Under the pieces are notes generated by a model. That model made no database searches. It was not told where the DNA came from and was given only the letters and a program-made list of their open reading frames with translations. Shown piece by piece: positions 24,201-34,161 of a stretch of DNA of 64,000 nucleotides. The number at the start of each line of letters is the position of its first letter. Position 1 is the first letter of the stretch. The position numbers and the translations under genes are program-made. This DNA comes from Anaeromyxobacter sp. (GTDB taxonomy: Bacteria > Myxococcota > Myxococcia > Myxococcales > Anaeromyxobacteraceae), in NCBI GenBank assembly GCA_049840735.1, contig JASGJN010000013.1, positions 640,001 to 704,000 on the forward strand, in the 5' to 3' direction.

Positions 24201-24805
24201 TAGAGCAGCCCCTTGGTCGAGGGCAGCGCGTCGCCCTCGCGCGCGGTGGCGGCCCGCAGCGCCCGGGCGGTGGCCTTGAAGATGGCCTCCACCACGTGGT
24301 GCAGGTTGCGGCCGTAGCGCACGTTGACGTGCAGGCAGATGCGGGCGTGGTTGACCAGGGCCTGCAGGAAGTCCTGCGTCAGGTCCACGTCGAAGGTGCC
24401 GATGAACCGCTTGCCGCTGGGCAGGCCGGCGTTGAAGGTGAGGTGCGGCCGGCCGGAGAGGTCCACCACCACCTCCACCAGCGCCTCGTCCAGCGGCACC
24501 ACCGCGTGGCCGTAGCGGGCCAGGCCGGTCTTGTCCGCCACCGCCTGGCGCAGCGCCTCGCCCAGGCCGATGCCCACGTCCTCGACGGTGTGGTGCGCGT
24601 CCACGTGCAGGTCGCCGTCGGCCTTCACCCTCAGCGTCAGGCCGCCGTGGCGCCCGAGCTGGTCCAGCATGTGGTCGAAGAAGGGGACGCCGGTGGCGAT
24701 CTCCGAGGCGCCGGGCGCGAGCGCGAGCTCCACCGCGACGTCGGTCTCCTTGGTCTTCCGCGCGATCTTCCCGGCCCGCACCGCGGCCGCCCTGGGCTTC
24801 CTCAT
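24200..24805 (-). CDS. hisB: Imidazoleglycerol-phosphate dehydratase
   Basis: [41 protein letters not shown] overlaps the hisD stop. Confidence 0.96.
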
Positions 24806-26163
24806 GCCTTCGCTCCCCGCCGGCGCACCCGGCGCGCGGCGCGGCCCGCCGGCCGCCCGCCCTTGGCTACCCGCACCTCCACCGCCCGCCAGTGCGCCTC
24901 CAGCCCCTCGGCCCGCGCCAGCTGCTCCACCGCCGGCGCCACCGCCGCCAGCGCCCGCGGCGAGAGCTCCAGCACGCTCATCCGCCGCCGGAAGGTGGCC
25001 ACCGAGAGCGGCGACGCGAAGCGGGCCGTCCCGGCGGTGGGGAGCACGTGGCTGGGGCCGGCGAGGTAGTCGCCCACCGCCTCGGGCGTGGACGACCCCA
25101 CGAACACGGCCCCCGCCCGCGCCAGGCGCGGCACCAGCCTGGCCGCGTCCTTCACGTGCAGCGCCAGGTGCTCGGGCGCGTAGGCGTCCGCCAGGCGGAC
25201 CGCCTCGGGCAGCCCGGCCGTCACCACCGTCGCGGCCCGCTCGGCGATGGACCGCGCCGCGATCTCGCGCCGGGGCAGGAGCGCCAGCTGCCGCTCCACC
25301 TCGGCCGCCACCGCGTCGGCCAGCCGCGCCGAGGGCGTGACCAGCACCGCCACCGCGCGCACGTCGTGCTCGGCCTGGGCCAGCAGGTCGCTGGCCACCT
25401 CGGCCGGATCGGCCGCGCCGTCGGCGACCACCAGGATCTCGCTGGGGCCGGCGATCATGTCGATGTCGACCTGGCCGAACACCAGCCGCTTGGCCGCCGC
25501 CACGTAGGCGTTGCCGGGGCCGCCGATCTTGTCCACCGCCGGCACCGTCGCCGTGCCGTAGGCCAGCGCCGCCACGGCCTGCGCGCCGCCCACGCGGAAG
25601 AGCCGGGAGACGCCGGCCACGTGGCAGGCGGCCAGCGTCCATGCGTCCATCTGGCCCGTGCCGCGCACGCCCGGCGACGTGACCACCACCTCCGGGACGC
25701 CCGCCACGCGGGCCGGGATGGCGGTCATGAGGACCGAGGACGGGTAGCGGGCGGTGCCACCCGGCACGTACAGCCCGACCCGCGCCAGCGGCCGGACCAC
25801 CTGCGCCAGCTTCGCGCCGGCGGCGTCCTTGAACGGCCGGACCTCGGCGTCGCGCTCGCGCGCGTGGAAGGCCTCCACCCGCTTCGCCGCCAGCGTCAGC
25901 GACCGGCGGCCTTCGGCGGGCAGGCCCTTGAAGGCCTTCCGGAAATCGTCCGGCCCGAGGGCCAGCCCGGCCGCGGTGCCCGGGTCCCAGCCGTCCAGCC
26001 GGCGGGTGTGCTCCAGCAGGGCCAGGTCGCCGCGTCTGCGCACGTCGGCGACGATGGCGGCGGCCGCCTCACGGACGCTGGCCTCGTCATCGTCGCTGCC
26101 GCGGGCGCACACCTTGGCCCACGCGGCGGGGAAGTCCGGCTGTCGGGTCTCTAGCCTGAGCAC
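24802..26163 (-). CDS. hisD: Histidinol dehydrogenase
   Basis: [54 protein letters not shown]; start approximate. Confidence 0.96.
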   Translation of the reverse strand: MLRLETRQPDFPAAWAKVCARGSDDDEASVREAAAAIVADVRRRGDLALLEHTRRLDGWDPGTAAGLALGPDDFRKAFKGLPAEGRRSLTLAAKRVEAFHARERDAEVRPFKDAAGAKLAQVVRPLARVGLYVPGGTARYPSSVLMTAIPARVAGVPEVVVTSPGVRGTGQMDAWTLAACHVAGVSRLFRVGGAQAVAALAYGTATVPAVDKIGGPGNAYVAAAKRLVFGQVDIDMIAGPSEILVVADGAADPAEVASDLLAQAEHDVRAVAVLVTPSARLADAVAAEVERQLALLPRREIAARSIAERAATVVTAGLPEAVRLADAYAPEHLALHVKDAARLVPRLARAGAVFVGSSTPEAVGDYLAGPSHVLPTAGTARFASPLSVATFRRRMSVLELSPRALAAVAPAVEQLARAEGLEAHWRAVEVRVAKGGRPAGRAARRVRRRGAKA

Positions 26164-26330
26164 GCGAAGTCCTCGAAAGCGCGAAGTTATAAGGGATTCC
26201 ACAGCCTTTGGCGAGCGATGGGGCGCCGCGCGCCCGTCCGCGCCCTGCGCGATCTGGGGTTTCCCCGGATACCGCGCGTCGGTCGAACGAGTACTCTCCC
26301 CACCACACTCGCACGGGGGGGGCCCGGCGT

Positions 26331-26891
26331 ATGGACAGGAATGCCACGCGCGCAAATAGCGCGCGGGATGAGTCGGTGAGCGACGGCCGTGACAGGTACC
26401 TGGACGGACCAGCGGATCCCGAGGCGCTGGCCCGCATCGCGCCCGCGGCGCTGACCGCTGCGCTGGAGGCCATCCCGGCTCCGGCGTTCCTGGTGCGCAA
26501 GCCGGACGTGGTGCTCTACGCCAACCGGCGCGGGCGGGCGCTGCTCGCGTCCGATCCCGACCGCGTGCAGGCGGCGCTGACGGGCGCCCCCGGCGCGCGC
26601 GGCCCGGCGGTGTTCCAGGTCGATCGCCCGGATCACCACCTGGTGGTGCTGCCCGACCTCGAGTCGAACGCGGCCTCCAAGGTGGCGGTGGTGGCGCAGC
26701 GCTGGGGGCTCACCCCGCGCCAGACCGCGGTGCTGGAGCTGGTGGCCCAGGGCGAGTCCAACCGCACCGTGGCCGCCCGGCTCGGCTGCTCCGAGAAGAC
26801 GGTGGAGCTCCACGTCTCCGCGCTGCTGGCCAAGACCCACTGCACCAGCCGCTCGCAGCTGGTGGCCAGCTTCTGGACCGATCCGGGCTGA
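26331..26891 (+). CDS. LuxR-type HTH regulator with short PAS-like N-terminus
   Basis: ALEAIPAPAFLV..YANRRG; GLTPRQTAVLELVAQGESNRTVAARLGCSEKTVELHV. Confidence 0.85.
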   Translation: MDRNATRANSARDESVSDGRDRYLDGPADPEALARIAPAALTAALEAIPAPAFLVRKPDVVLYANRRGRALLASDPDRVQAALTGAPGARGPAVFQVDRPDHHLVVLPDLESNAASKVAVVAQRWGLTPRQTAVLELVAQGESNRTVAARLGCSEKTVELHVSALLAKTHCTSRSQLVASFWTDPG

Positions 26892-27005
26892 GCCGCCGGC
26901 AGCCGCGCGCCGATCGAGGGATACCCCTGGATGGGTGTACCGGTGTCCGGGCTCCTGCTACCATGACGCAACGGGAGGCAGGGGCTCGGACACAGGGTCG
27001 AAACC

Positions 27006-28037
27006 GTGGCGCGACGCAGGCGGAACGACAAGCTGGAGACGCTCCGGGAGCGCGTGGCCGCGCTCGAGCCGGGCGTGTCACCGCTCCCCATCGCGGCCGC
27101 GGGCCTGGTCGAGATCTTCGACGCAGCGCGCGGCGGCGCCTACATGGTCGAGCGGGCCAGCCAGGGCTCGCGGATGTCGTACTTCGTGGACGCGCTCGGC
27201 AACTGCGGCTCCTTCTTCGCGGACTTCGCGGCGTTGATCGCCAACCACCCGGGCGGCTGGGGCACCTTCGACTACGAGCACGTGCCGCAGGAGGCCCGGG
27301 ACCGCGCGCTGCGCGTGGCGCCGGACATCATCGAGGGGCTGGGCGCGCGGTCGCCGGCCGCCGCGGGCGTGCTCTCGCGCCACCCCTGGCTCGTGCGCGA
27401 GCACCAGCTGCGCGCGCTGATCTGCGACGGCGAGGAGCTGGTCGCGTGGCTGGGCGTACTGCGGGACCGGCCGTTCACGCAGGCCGAGGAGCGGGCCATG
27501 CAGCCGGTGGTGGACGCGCTGCGGGAGCGGCTGGTGCCGCACCGCCGGCTGGTGCGGAGCGGCGTGGCGGCCGGCGCGCTGGAGGCGGCGCTGGAGGCGG
27601 TGGGCGGGCCGGCCTTCCTGATGCGCGGCGAGGTGGTGGTCCACGCCAACCACGCCGGGCAGGCGCTGCTGGCGCGGGCCCCGCGGGCGCTGGAGCAGCT
27701 GCTCCGGGCCGGGCTGTCGGGCAGCGGCGGCGGAGACCTGAAGATCACCCGCGTCCCGGGCGCCGGTGGACCGGACCATCACCTGATCGTCGCGCACCCG
27801 CGGCCGCTGGACCTGGACCAGCGGCTGGAAGGGTTCGCGCAGCGGCACGGGCTCTCGCCCCGCCAGCGCGACGTGCTGCGGCTGGTGGTGCGGGGCGAGG
27901 CCAACAAGACCATCGCCGCCCAGCTCGAGTGCGCCGAGAGCACGGTGGAGCTGCACGTCACCGGCATCCTGGCCCGCACCGCGTGCGCCGGGCGCGCGGC
28001 GCTGGTGGCCCGCTTCTGGAGCGAGCGCGCGGCGTGA
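27006..28037 (+). CDS. LuxR-type HTH regulator with GAF-like and PAS-like sensor regions
   Basis: GLSPRQRDVLRLVVRGEANKTIAAQLECAESTVELHV; paralogous to the upstream gene. Confidence 0.85.
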   Translation: MARRRRNDKLETLRERVAALEPGVSPLPIAAAGLVEIFDAARGGAYMVERASQGSRMSYFVDALGNCGSFFADFAALIANHPGGWGTFDYEHVPQEARDRALRVAPDIIEGLGARSPAAAGVLSRHPWLVREHQLRALICDGEELVAWLGVLRDRPFTQAEERAMQPVVDALRERLVPHRRLVRSGVAAGALEAALEAVGGPAFLMRGEVVVHANHAGQALLARAPRALEQLLRAGLSGSGGGDLKITRVPGAGGPDHHLIVAHPRPLDLDQRLEGFAQRHGLSPRQRDVLRLVVRGEANKTIAAQLECAESTVELHVTGILARTACAGRAALVARFWSERAA

Positions 28038-28097
28038 GCGCGCGCCCTGCGCGGGCGCCCTGCGGCCGCCACCGCGGCCTGCTAGATTCGCCCCCGC

Positions 28098-29224
28098 ATG
28101 GACCCCCGCCCCGACCGCACCGACCTCTGGCTCCAGAACCTGGTGGACGAGCGCGACGGCGCCGCGCTGTACGAGGGGCTGGCGCGCCACGAGCGCGAGC
28201 CCGAGAAGGCGCGGGCCTTCCGCGAGCTGGCCGAGGCCGAGCGCCGCCACGCCGCCATCTGGGAGCGCAAGCTGGTGAAGGCCGGCGTGACCCTGCCGCC
28301 GGACCGGGCCAGCTCGCGGGTGCGGGCGCTGGTCTGGCTGGCGCGCCGCCTGGGCAGCGCGGCGGTGGTGCCCATGGTCCTCGAGACCGAGGCCGGCGAC
28401 GCCGACAAGTACGACGCGCAGGGCGGCGAGGCCACCGAGATCGCCGAGGAGGAGCGCGCGCACCGGCGGGTGCTGGACGGCCTGCGCCGCGGCGATCCGG
28501 AGGGCGCGCGGCCGCTCATCGCGCAGCGCGAGCGGTGGCACCGCGGCGGCGGCCGGGCCGGCGCGGTCCGCGCCGCCATCTTCGGCATGAACGACGGCCT
28601 GGTCTCCAACCTGCTGCTGATCCTGGGCGTGGCCGGCGCCGGGGTGGAGCCGCACGGCGTGGTGGTGACCGGGATGGCCGGCCTGCTGGCCGGCGCCTTC
28701 TCCATGGCCGCGGGCGAGTACACCTCGGTGGCCAGCCAGCGCGACCTGCTCACCCGCCAATCGCGCTCGAGAAGCGCGAGATCGAGGAGGCGCCGGAGGA
28801 GGAGGCCGCCGAGCTGGCGCTGATCTTCAAGCAGAAGGGGCTCTCGACGGAGCAGGCCAGCCGGACCGCCGCCGAGATCCTGAAGAACCCGGACAGCGCG
28901 CTCGACACGCTGGTGCGCGAGGAGCTGGGGCTCGACCCGGAGGACCTGGGCTCGCCCTGGGCCGCCGCCTACTCCTCCTTCCTGATGTTCGCGGTCGGGG
29001 CGGCGGTGCCGCTCCTCCCCTTCCTCTTCACCCGCGGCCCCTCCGCGGCCGGCTGGAGCGCCGGGCTGGCCGGGCTGGTGCTGGCCACGGTGGGCGGGCT
29101 GGTGGGCTTCCTCTCCGGCACCGGCGTGGTCCGCGCCGGCGGGCGCATGCTGGGGCTGGCGGGGCTGGCCGCCGGCGTCACCTACCTGGTGGGCCGGCTG
29201 TTCGGGACGGCAATCGGAGGGTAG
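28098..29224 (+). CDS. Ferritin-like (rubrerythrin-type) + VIT1/CCC1 iron transporter (one apparent -1 frameshift at about 28759)
   Basis: E..LY..E.ERRHA and EERAH ExxH motifs; RAAIFGMNDGLVSN, AGAFSMAAGEY; restoring G in CAGATC joins RQIALEKREIEE..REELGLDP (375 aa). Confidence 0.9.
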
Positions 29225-29231
29225 CCCCCCG

Positions 29232-29456
29232 TCAGCTGCCGGTCGCCAGCAGCCTCGCCACCTGCTCGGCGAACCCCTCCGCCTCGGCCCGCAGCCGCGG
29301 GTCCGCGCCGTACCCGGAGAGCTCAGCCGCGCGCTCGGCGATGAGCTGCCCCCGCCGCAGCAGGAGCAGCAGCTCCTCGCGCTCGGCCTTCGTTCCCCGG
29401 TGGTCCCCGCGGCTGCGCCCGGCCCAGGCCGTGGCCGCCGGCTCCTCGCACCGCAC
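29232..29456 (-). CDS. Possible small hypothetical protein
   Basis: C-terminal half (EELLLLLRRGQLIAERAAEL..FAEQVARLL) looks helical and GC3-biased; start uncertain. Confidence 0.35.
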   Translation of the reverse strand: MRCEEPAATAWAGRSRGDHRGTKAEREELLLLLRRGQLIAERAAELSGYGADPRLRAEAEGFAEQVARLLATGS

Positions 29457-29687
29457 CGCGCTGCCGTCCGTGTCGCGCAGAAGTCACCTCCAGCTGCCGG
29501 CGAGCGCTGCGTGGGCCCCGAACCCGCGCCAAGCACCCGCCTGCGACCCCCGCCATGGCGGGGTCGCCCGAGGTGCACGCTAGCGGAGCGCGGCGAGCCC
29601 CGGGGGGCAGGGTTTGCACCGGGGAGAGCAGGCCGGGCGCGAGGTCCCACCACCGCGGCGGGCCTCCCCGGCGCCCCGCGGGCGGCG

Positions 29688-30737
29688 TCAGGCGGGGCCG
29701 GGCTCCTCGCCCGCGCAGCGCTCCCGGAAGGCGGCCGGACCGACCCCGGCGCCCTGCCGGAAGAAGCGGGAGAACGCGGTGGGCGTGCTGAACCCCAGCC
29801 GCGCCCCCACCTCGCCCAGGGGGAGCGGGGTGTCCTCCAGCAGGCGCCGGGCCTCCTCCAGCTTCACCCGGGCCCAGAGCGCCTTGAAGGTGACCTGCTC
29901 CTCCTCCTGCAGCCGGCGCCGCAGCGTCCAGCGGGTCATCCCCAGCTCCGCGCAGAGCCGCTCCAGCAGCCGCTCCGGCGCGCCCCCGCGGTGCTGCTCC
30001 GCCGGGACCGCCCGCCGCAGCGCCCGCTCCACGCGCAGGGAGAGGCACTCCCTGCGCTCGAGCTCGGCCAGCTCCAGCGAGAGGCGCCGGGCCAGCACCG
30101 CCGCGGCGGCGGCGTTGTAGTGCGGGAACGGAACCTCGAGTCGCGCCCGCGGCAGCTCCAGGACGCTGGCCGGCGCACCGCCGGTGACCCGCCCCGGGTG
30201 ACGCGCCGCCAGCCACCGCGGCGGCTCTCCCTGGAGCTCCATCCGGCACTGCTCCGGCGCGGCCCCGTCGTAGGCGCGGGCCACCGACACCAGCTCGGAG
30301 AAGGTCCAGGCGGCCTGGTCGGCCGCGCACGCCAGCGGCCCCTCGGCCACGTGCTCGACGCGGATCCGCCGAGCGCCCACGTGGAGCCGGACGGACCCCG
30401 TCTCGTCCACCAGCGGGCGGAACTTCAGGAAGGCGGCCAGCGCCGCGCGCAGCGTGGGCGCGTTCAGCCAGTGCCCCACCAGCAAGGGCATGGCGTCCTC
30501 CAGCCGCGCGCCCGCCGGCGGCTCCGCCGCGCCCGCGCCGGCGGCGCGGAGCTGCGCCAGCGATTCCAGGTATCTGGCCTGGCCGATCCGGGCCGCGGGA
30601 TCGTCCACCTCCGCCGCGGTGAGCCCGGCGGCCTGCAGGAACGCCTCCGGCGCCAGCCCGGCCTGCTCGGCCAGGCGCAGGGCGCGGCGGACCAGGAAGC
30701 TCGCGACGGTCTTGGAGCGGTGGGCCGCGCCCGGCAT
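29688..30737 (-). CDS. AraC-family regulator (OruR/ArgR-like N-terminal ligand domain)
   Basis: NAPTLRAAL N-domain; ELGMTRWTLRRRL..ARRLL..LGFSTPTAFSRFFR. Confidence 0.88.
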   Translation of the reverse strand: MPGAAHRSKTVASFLVRRALRLAEQAGLAPEAFLQAAGLTAAEVDDPAARIGQARYLESLAQLRAAGAGAAEPPAGARLEDAMPLLVGHWLNAPTLRAALAAFLKFRPLVDETGSVRLHVGARRIRVEHVAEGPLACAADQAAWTFSELVSVARAYDGAAPEQCRMELQGEPPRWLAARHPGRVTGGAPASVLELPRARLEVPFPHYNAAAAAVLARRLSLELAELERRECLSLRVERALRRAVPAEQHRGGAPERLLERLCAELGMTRWTLRRRLQEEEQVTFKALWARVKLEEARRLLEDTPLPLGEVGARLGFSTPTAFSRFFRQGAGVGPAAFRERCAGEEPGPA

Positions 30738-30747
30738 CGCGGCCCGC

Positions 30748-31809
30748 TCAGCGCTGCCCGCGCCGGCCCGGCGCGAGGCGCCCGGCGCGGTAGCTGCCGG
30801 GGGCGACCCCCGCCTCGGCGCGGAAGAAGCGGGTGAAGGAGCTCTGGGAGGCGAAGCCCAGCCGGTCGCTCACCTCGGCCAGCGAGAGGCCGGACCCGTC
30901 CAGCAGCCGCTTCGCCTCCGCCACCCGCACCGCGGTGAGCAGGTCCTTGAAGCAGACCCCCTCCCCGGCCAGCCGGCGCCCCAGCGTCCAGCGCGACACG
31001 CCCAGCTCGTTGCAGAGCGCCTCCAGCACCGCCTCGGGGCCGCCGCCCGCGGCCGGCGCGGCCACCGAGCGTTGCAGGGCGCGCTCCGCCTTCGCCGCGA
31101 AGGAGGGCGCGCGGGCCAGGTCCCGCAGCTCGCGCGCCAGCTGGCCCAGCACCAGCCCCTGCAGCGCCTGGTTGTGGCCGGAGAAGGGCACGTCCAGGAG
31201 CTGGCGGGGGATGTCGAGGAAGTTGGTCTGCTGCTCGTAGGCCACCGGCCCGGAGAGGAGGCGCTCCCGGCCGGCCCGCAGGGCGCGAGGCGGCGGCGGC
31301 CCCACCAGCCCGGCGGAGAGCCGCGCCGGCGTCCCCTGCTCGTAGGCGCGGACCACGTGCGCCACCACGCAGAGGTTCCCGGCCGCCTGCCACGGCGCGT
31401 ACCGCTGCGGCCCCTCGGCCGCGTACTCGACCCTGAGCGTCGCGCCGGCCTCGCGGGCGGTCACGACGTCGAACTCGCCGAGGATGGGCCGGTAGGCGAT
31501 GAAGGTGTCGATGGCGGCGCGCAGCGTGGGCGCGTTGAGCCAGGCGGCCACCAGCGCCGGGAAGTGGACCTCGGACCAGGACAGCCCGGTCTCGTCGCCG
31601 GGCGGCACGGCGGGCGGCTGGAGCAGGTCCATCACGCCCAGGACGCGCTCGTAGCGGCTCCGCCCGGTGCGGCCCGCCGGGTCCTCGGCCTCCGCCGGCG
31701 TCACCCCGGTCCGCCGCGCGAACTCGGCGCCAGACATGCCGGCCCGCTCGGCGGCGAGCATCATGCTCCGCACGAGCGGGTTGGCGACTGACCTGGCCCC
31801 TGACGGCAT
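30748..31809 (-). CDS. AraC-family regulator, paralog of the adjacent gene
   Basis: WLNAPTLRAAI; ELGVSRWTLGRRL..LGFASQSSFTRFFR. Confidence 0.88.
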   Translation of the reverse strand: MPSGARSVANPLVRSMMLAAERAGMSGAEFARRTGVTPAEAEDPAGRTGRSRYERVLGVMDLLQPPAVPPGDETGLSWSEVHFPALVAAWLNAPTLRAAIDTFIAYRPILGEFDVVTAREAGATLRVEYAAEGPQRYAPWQAAGNLCVVAHVVRAYEQGTPARLSAGLVGPPPPRALRAGRERLLSGPVAYEQQTNFLDIPRQLLDVPFSGHNQALQGLVLGQLARELRDLARAPSFAAKAERALQRSVAAPAAGGGPEAVLEALCNELGVSRWTLGRRLAGEGVCFKDLLTAVRVAEAKRLLDGSGLSLAEVSDRLGFASQSSFTRFFRAEAGVAPGSYRAGRLAPGRRGQR

Positions 31810-32047
31810 CTGTCCTCCGGACGCGGCCGCGAAGCGCGCACCGGCCCCCCGGCCGGTGCGGCCAGCCTACCGCAGCCGGGGCCGGGTGGCACGCGGCGGC
31901 GCAGGCCGAGCTGCCCCGCGGCCGGCCCAGCCCTGCACCGCCGCCCGCCGCTCGACCCGCACCGGCAGGCCGCCGCGCACCAGCTCGGGAGCGGCCAGGA
32001 GCGCGTCGGGGTTGCGCCGCCGCCCGGTCCCGGGCAAGAGCCAGGGG

Positions 32048-32713
32048 ATGCGACTGGTCGTGGAGCCTGGGGCCGGGCAGCTGGGGATCGACGCCTGCAT
32101 GGCCGTCTTCGAGGGGGTGCGCATCTCCAACCGGAGCAACCCGCTGGAGCGCCGGAAGAAGGAGGCGCTCGAGCCGCTGCGGGCGGTGGACGCCGCGACC
32201 GACCCGGTCCTGTCGGGCTACCGGGCGCTGCACGCGCGGCTCGGCGTGGGCGGCGTGGTCCCGCCGGCGCAGCGGCTCCTCGAGCAGGTGCAGGCCAGCG
32301 GGCGGCTGCCCAACATCAACACCGTGGTGGACGCCTACAACCTCGTCTCGGCGCTGACCCGGCTCTCGGTGGGCGCGCACGACCTGGCGCAGGTCCGGGG
32401 AGACGTCCGCCTCGGCCTGATCCGCGGGGACGAGCGGTACTGGCCGCTGGGAGCGCCCGGCCCCGAGCCCATCGCCGCCGGCGAGTACGCGGCGCTCGAC
32501 GCGGAGAAGGTCCTCTGCCGGCTCGATGTCCGGCAGTGCCAGGAGACCCGGATCACCAAGGACACGCAGGCCTTCGCCGTCTACGTGCAGGGCAGCCCGG
32601 CCACGCCCCGGGCCCTGCTGGAGGAGGGGCTCCGCCGGATCGGTGAGCTGGTGGTGGAGATCGGCGGCGGCCGGTACACGCCGGTGGCCGTGGTGCGAGG
32701 GGGCGCGCCCTGA
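32048..32713 (+). CDS. Stand-alone B3/B4 (PheRS beta editing-like) domain protein
   Basis: YRALH..PPAQRLL..LPNINTVVDAYNLVS..SVGAHDL..GEYAALD..LCRLDVRQCQETRIT. Confidence 0.85.
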   Translation: MRLVVEPGAGQLGIDACMAVFEGVRISNRSNPLERRKKEALEPLRAVDAATDPVLSGYRALHARLGVGGVVPPAQRLLEQVQASGRLPNINTVVDAYNLVSALTRLSVGAHDLAQVRGDVRLGLIRGDERYWPLGAPGPEPIAAGEYAALDAEKVLCRLDVRQCQETRITKDTQAFAVYVQGSPATPRALLEEGLRRIGELVVEIGGGRYTPVAVVRGGAP

Positions 32714-32741
32714 GGCGCGGGGGCCGGCGGCCCGGCCCCGC

Positions 32742-34052
32742 TCACTCGTCCCTGTCGCCCTCGTCCCCGCCCGGCGGCACGAGCTGATCCTCGTCCTGCT
32801 CGCGCAGGCGGCCCACCAGCTCACCGGCCTGCTTCCCGGTCCGGCGGCGCGCGTAGTAGCGGGTCACCGAGGGGAGGCTGAACCGGTTCATGGTCACGCT
32901 GTGCGTGCAGATGGCGTTGAGCCGGTCCACGTCGATGAACCACTCCGGCAGGAAGACCGGCCCCACGCACAGGCCGTCGTCGATCAGGTCGCGCACCAGC
33001 TCGGCGTCGTCCACGCTCATCTTGCCGGCCAGGAAGGCGCGGACCAGGTCCAGGTCGCGCTGCTCCAGCGCCGCGCGCAGGAAGTTGAAGAACCGGCAGT
33101 AGCCGCGCTGGTAGGCGGCGTCCTTGGTGAACGGCGCGCCCCCCTCCAGCAGCCCGCCGCGGAAGACCCGCTCGCTCATGAGCGCCGCCTTCTCGGGCGG
33201 GTAGCGGGCCAGCAGGTAGCGGTAGACCTCGAGGAAGTCGGCGCCGCGCGCGGCCATGTCGATGGCGATGGTCCGCTCGCCCAGCTCGATGTAGCGCTCG
33301 TCGGTGATGTGGCCGGTGAGGAACTCGGTGACGATGCCGCCGCCCTCCTGCGACTCGGTGTGGCGGGGCAGCCCCACGCCCAGCACCGGCAGCACCGGCT
33401 GGCGGTAGCCGTTCATGGAGGTGAGGACGTGCCAGAGCCCCTCGTGGTGGGCCAGCGCGTTCACCTGCCGCTCGCTGAAGCGGGCCCCGGCGCGCAGCGT
33501 GATCCAGGTGGCGCCGGCGGCCGCGTTGGCGGTGAGCCGCTTCCGGACCTGGACCTTCACGTGCCCGCCCAGCAGCGGGTTGCAGATCTCCGCCACCCGG
33601 GCCGCCGCCTCCTCGGCCGTGTAGCTGGCCTCCTCGTCCCGCGCCCGCGGGCGCGAGGCCCACATGCGCGCGATGGCCAGGTTGTCGGCGTTGTGATCGG
33701 GGAAGCGGTCGCGCGGGTCGCCGTAGATGCGCCGCGAGAGCTCGTAGAAGCGCCGCGTGCCGCGGGCCGCCAGCAGCTGCGTGACCAGGACGAACTCGTC
33801 GCACTTGCGGCGGAGCAGCTCCTCCACCGGGTTGCGGCCGCGGATCTGCCGGCGGAGGGTCCGCAGCTCCTTGATCTTGGCCTCCGGCTCGAACCCCAGC
33901 GGCGGGTACTCCGGGCGCGGCAGCTCGCGCGCGCCGGCCTTGAAGAAGCGGGCGTGGACCTGCGGCCCCCAGTTGATGGCGCGCAGCACGCGGATGGGCT
34001 TCTGCGCGTGCAGGATCGCGTCGCTGAGGGTGCGGAGGTAGGCGCGGGGCAC
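32742..34052 (-). CDS. DUF1704 / QEGLA-motif metallopeptidase-like protein
   Basis: HHEGLWH (HExxxH), NGYRQP, TESQEGGG, RVFRGG..FTKDAAY. Confidence 0.82.
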   Translation of the reverse strand: MPRAYLRTLSDAILHAQKPIRVLRAINWGPQVHARFFKAGARELPRPEYPPLGFEPEAKIKELRTLRRQIRGRNPVEELLRRKCDEFVLVTQLLAARGTRRFYELSRRIYGDPRDRFPDHNADNLAIARMWASRPRARDEEASYTAEEAAARVAEICNPLLGGHVKVQVRKRLTANAAAGATWITLRAGARFSERQVNALAHHEGLWHVLTSMNGYRQPVLPVLGVGLPRHTESQEGGGIVTEFLTGHITDERYIELGERTIAIDMAARGADFLEVYRYLLARYPPEKAALMSERVFRGGLLEGGAPFTKDAAYQRGYCRFFNFLRAALEQRDLDLVRAFLAGKMSVDDAELVRDLIDDGLCVGPVFLPEWFIDVDRLNAICTHSVTMNRFSLPSVTRYYARRRTGKQAGELVGRLREQDEDQLVPPGGDEGDRDE

Positions 34053-34161
34053 GGGCCAGTTCTAGCACGCGCCCGGGGGCGCGGGCGGGCCTGGCCAGGC
34101 CTCGGGCGCCAGGCGCCGGGCCTCGTCCTCGCGCCGCGGCCTCTCCCGAGCCCCGAGGCCC

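Noticed and set aside
26164..26330. His leader peptide or attenuator upstream of hisD
   Set aside because: No His-codon run or terminator hairpin found. hisG and hisC are simply not in this block.
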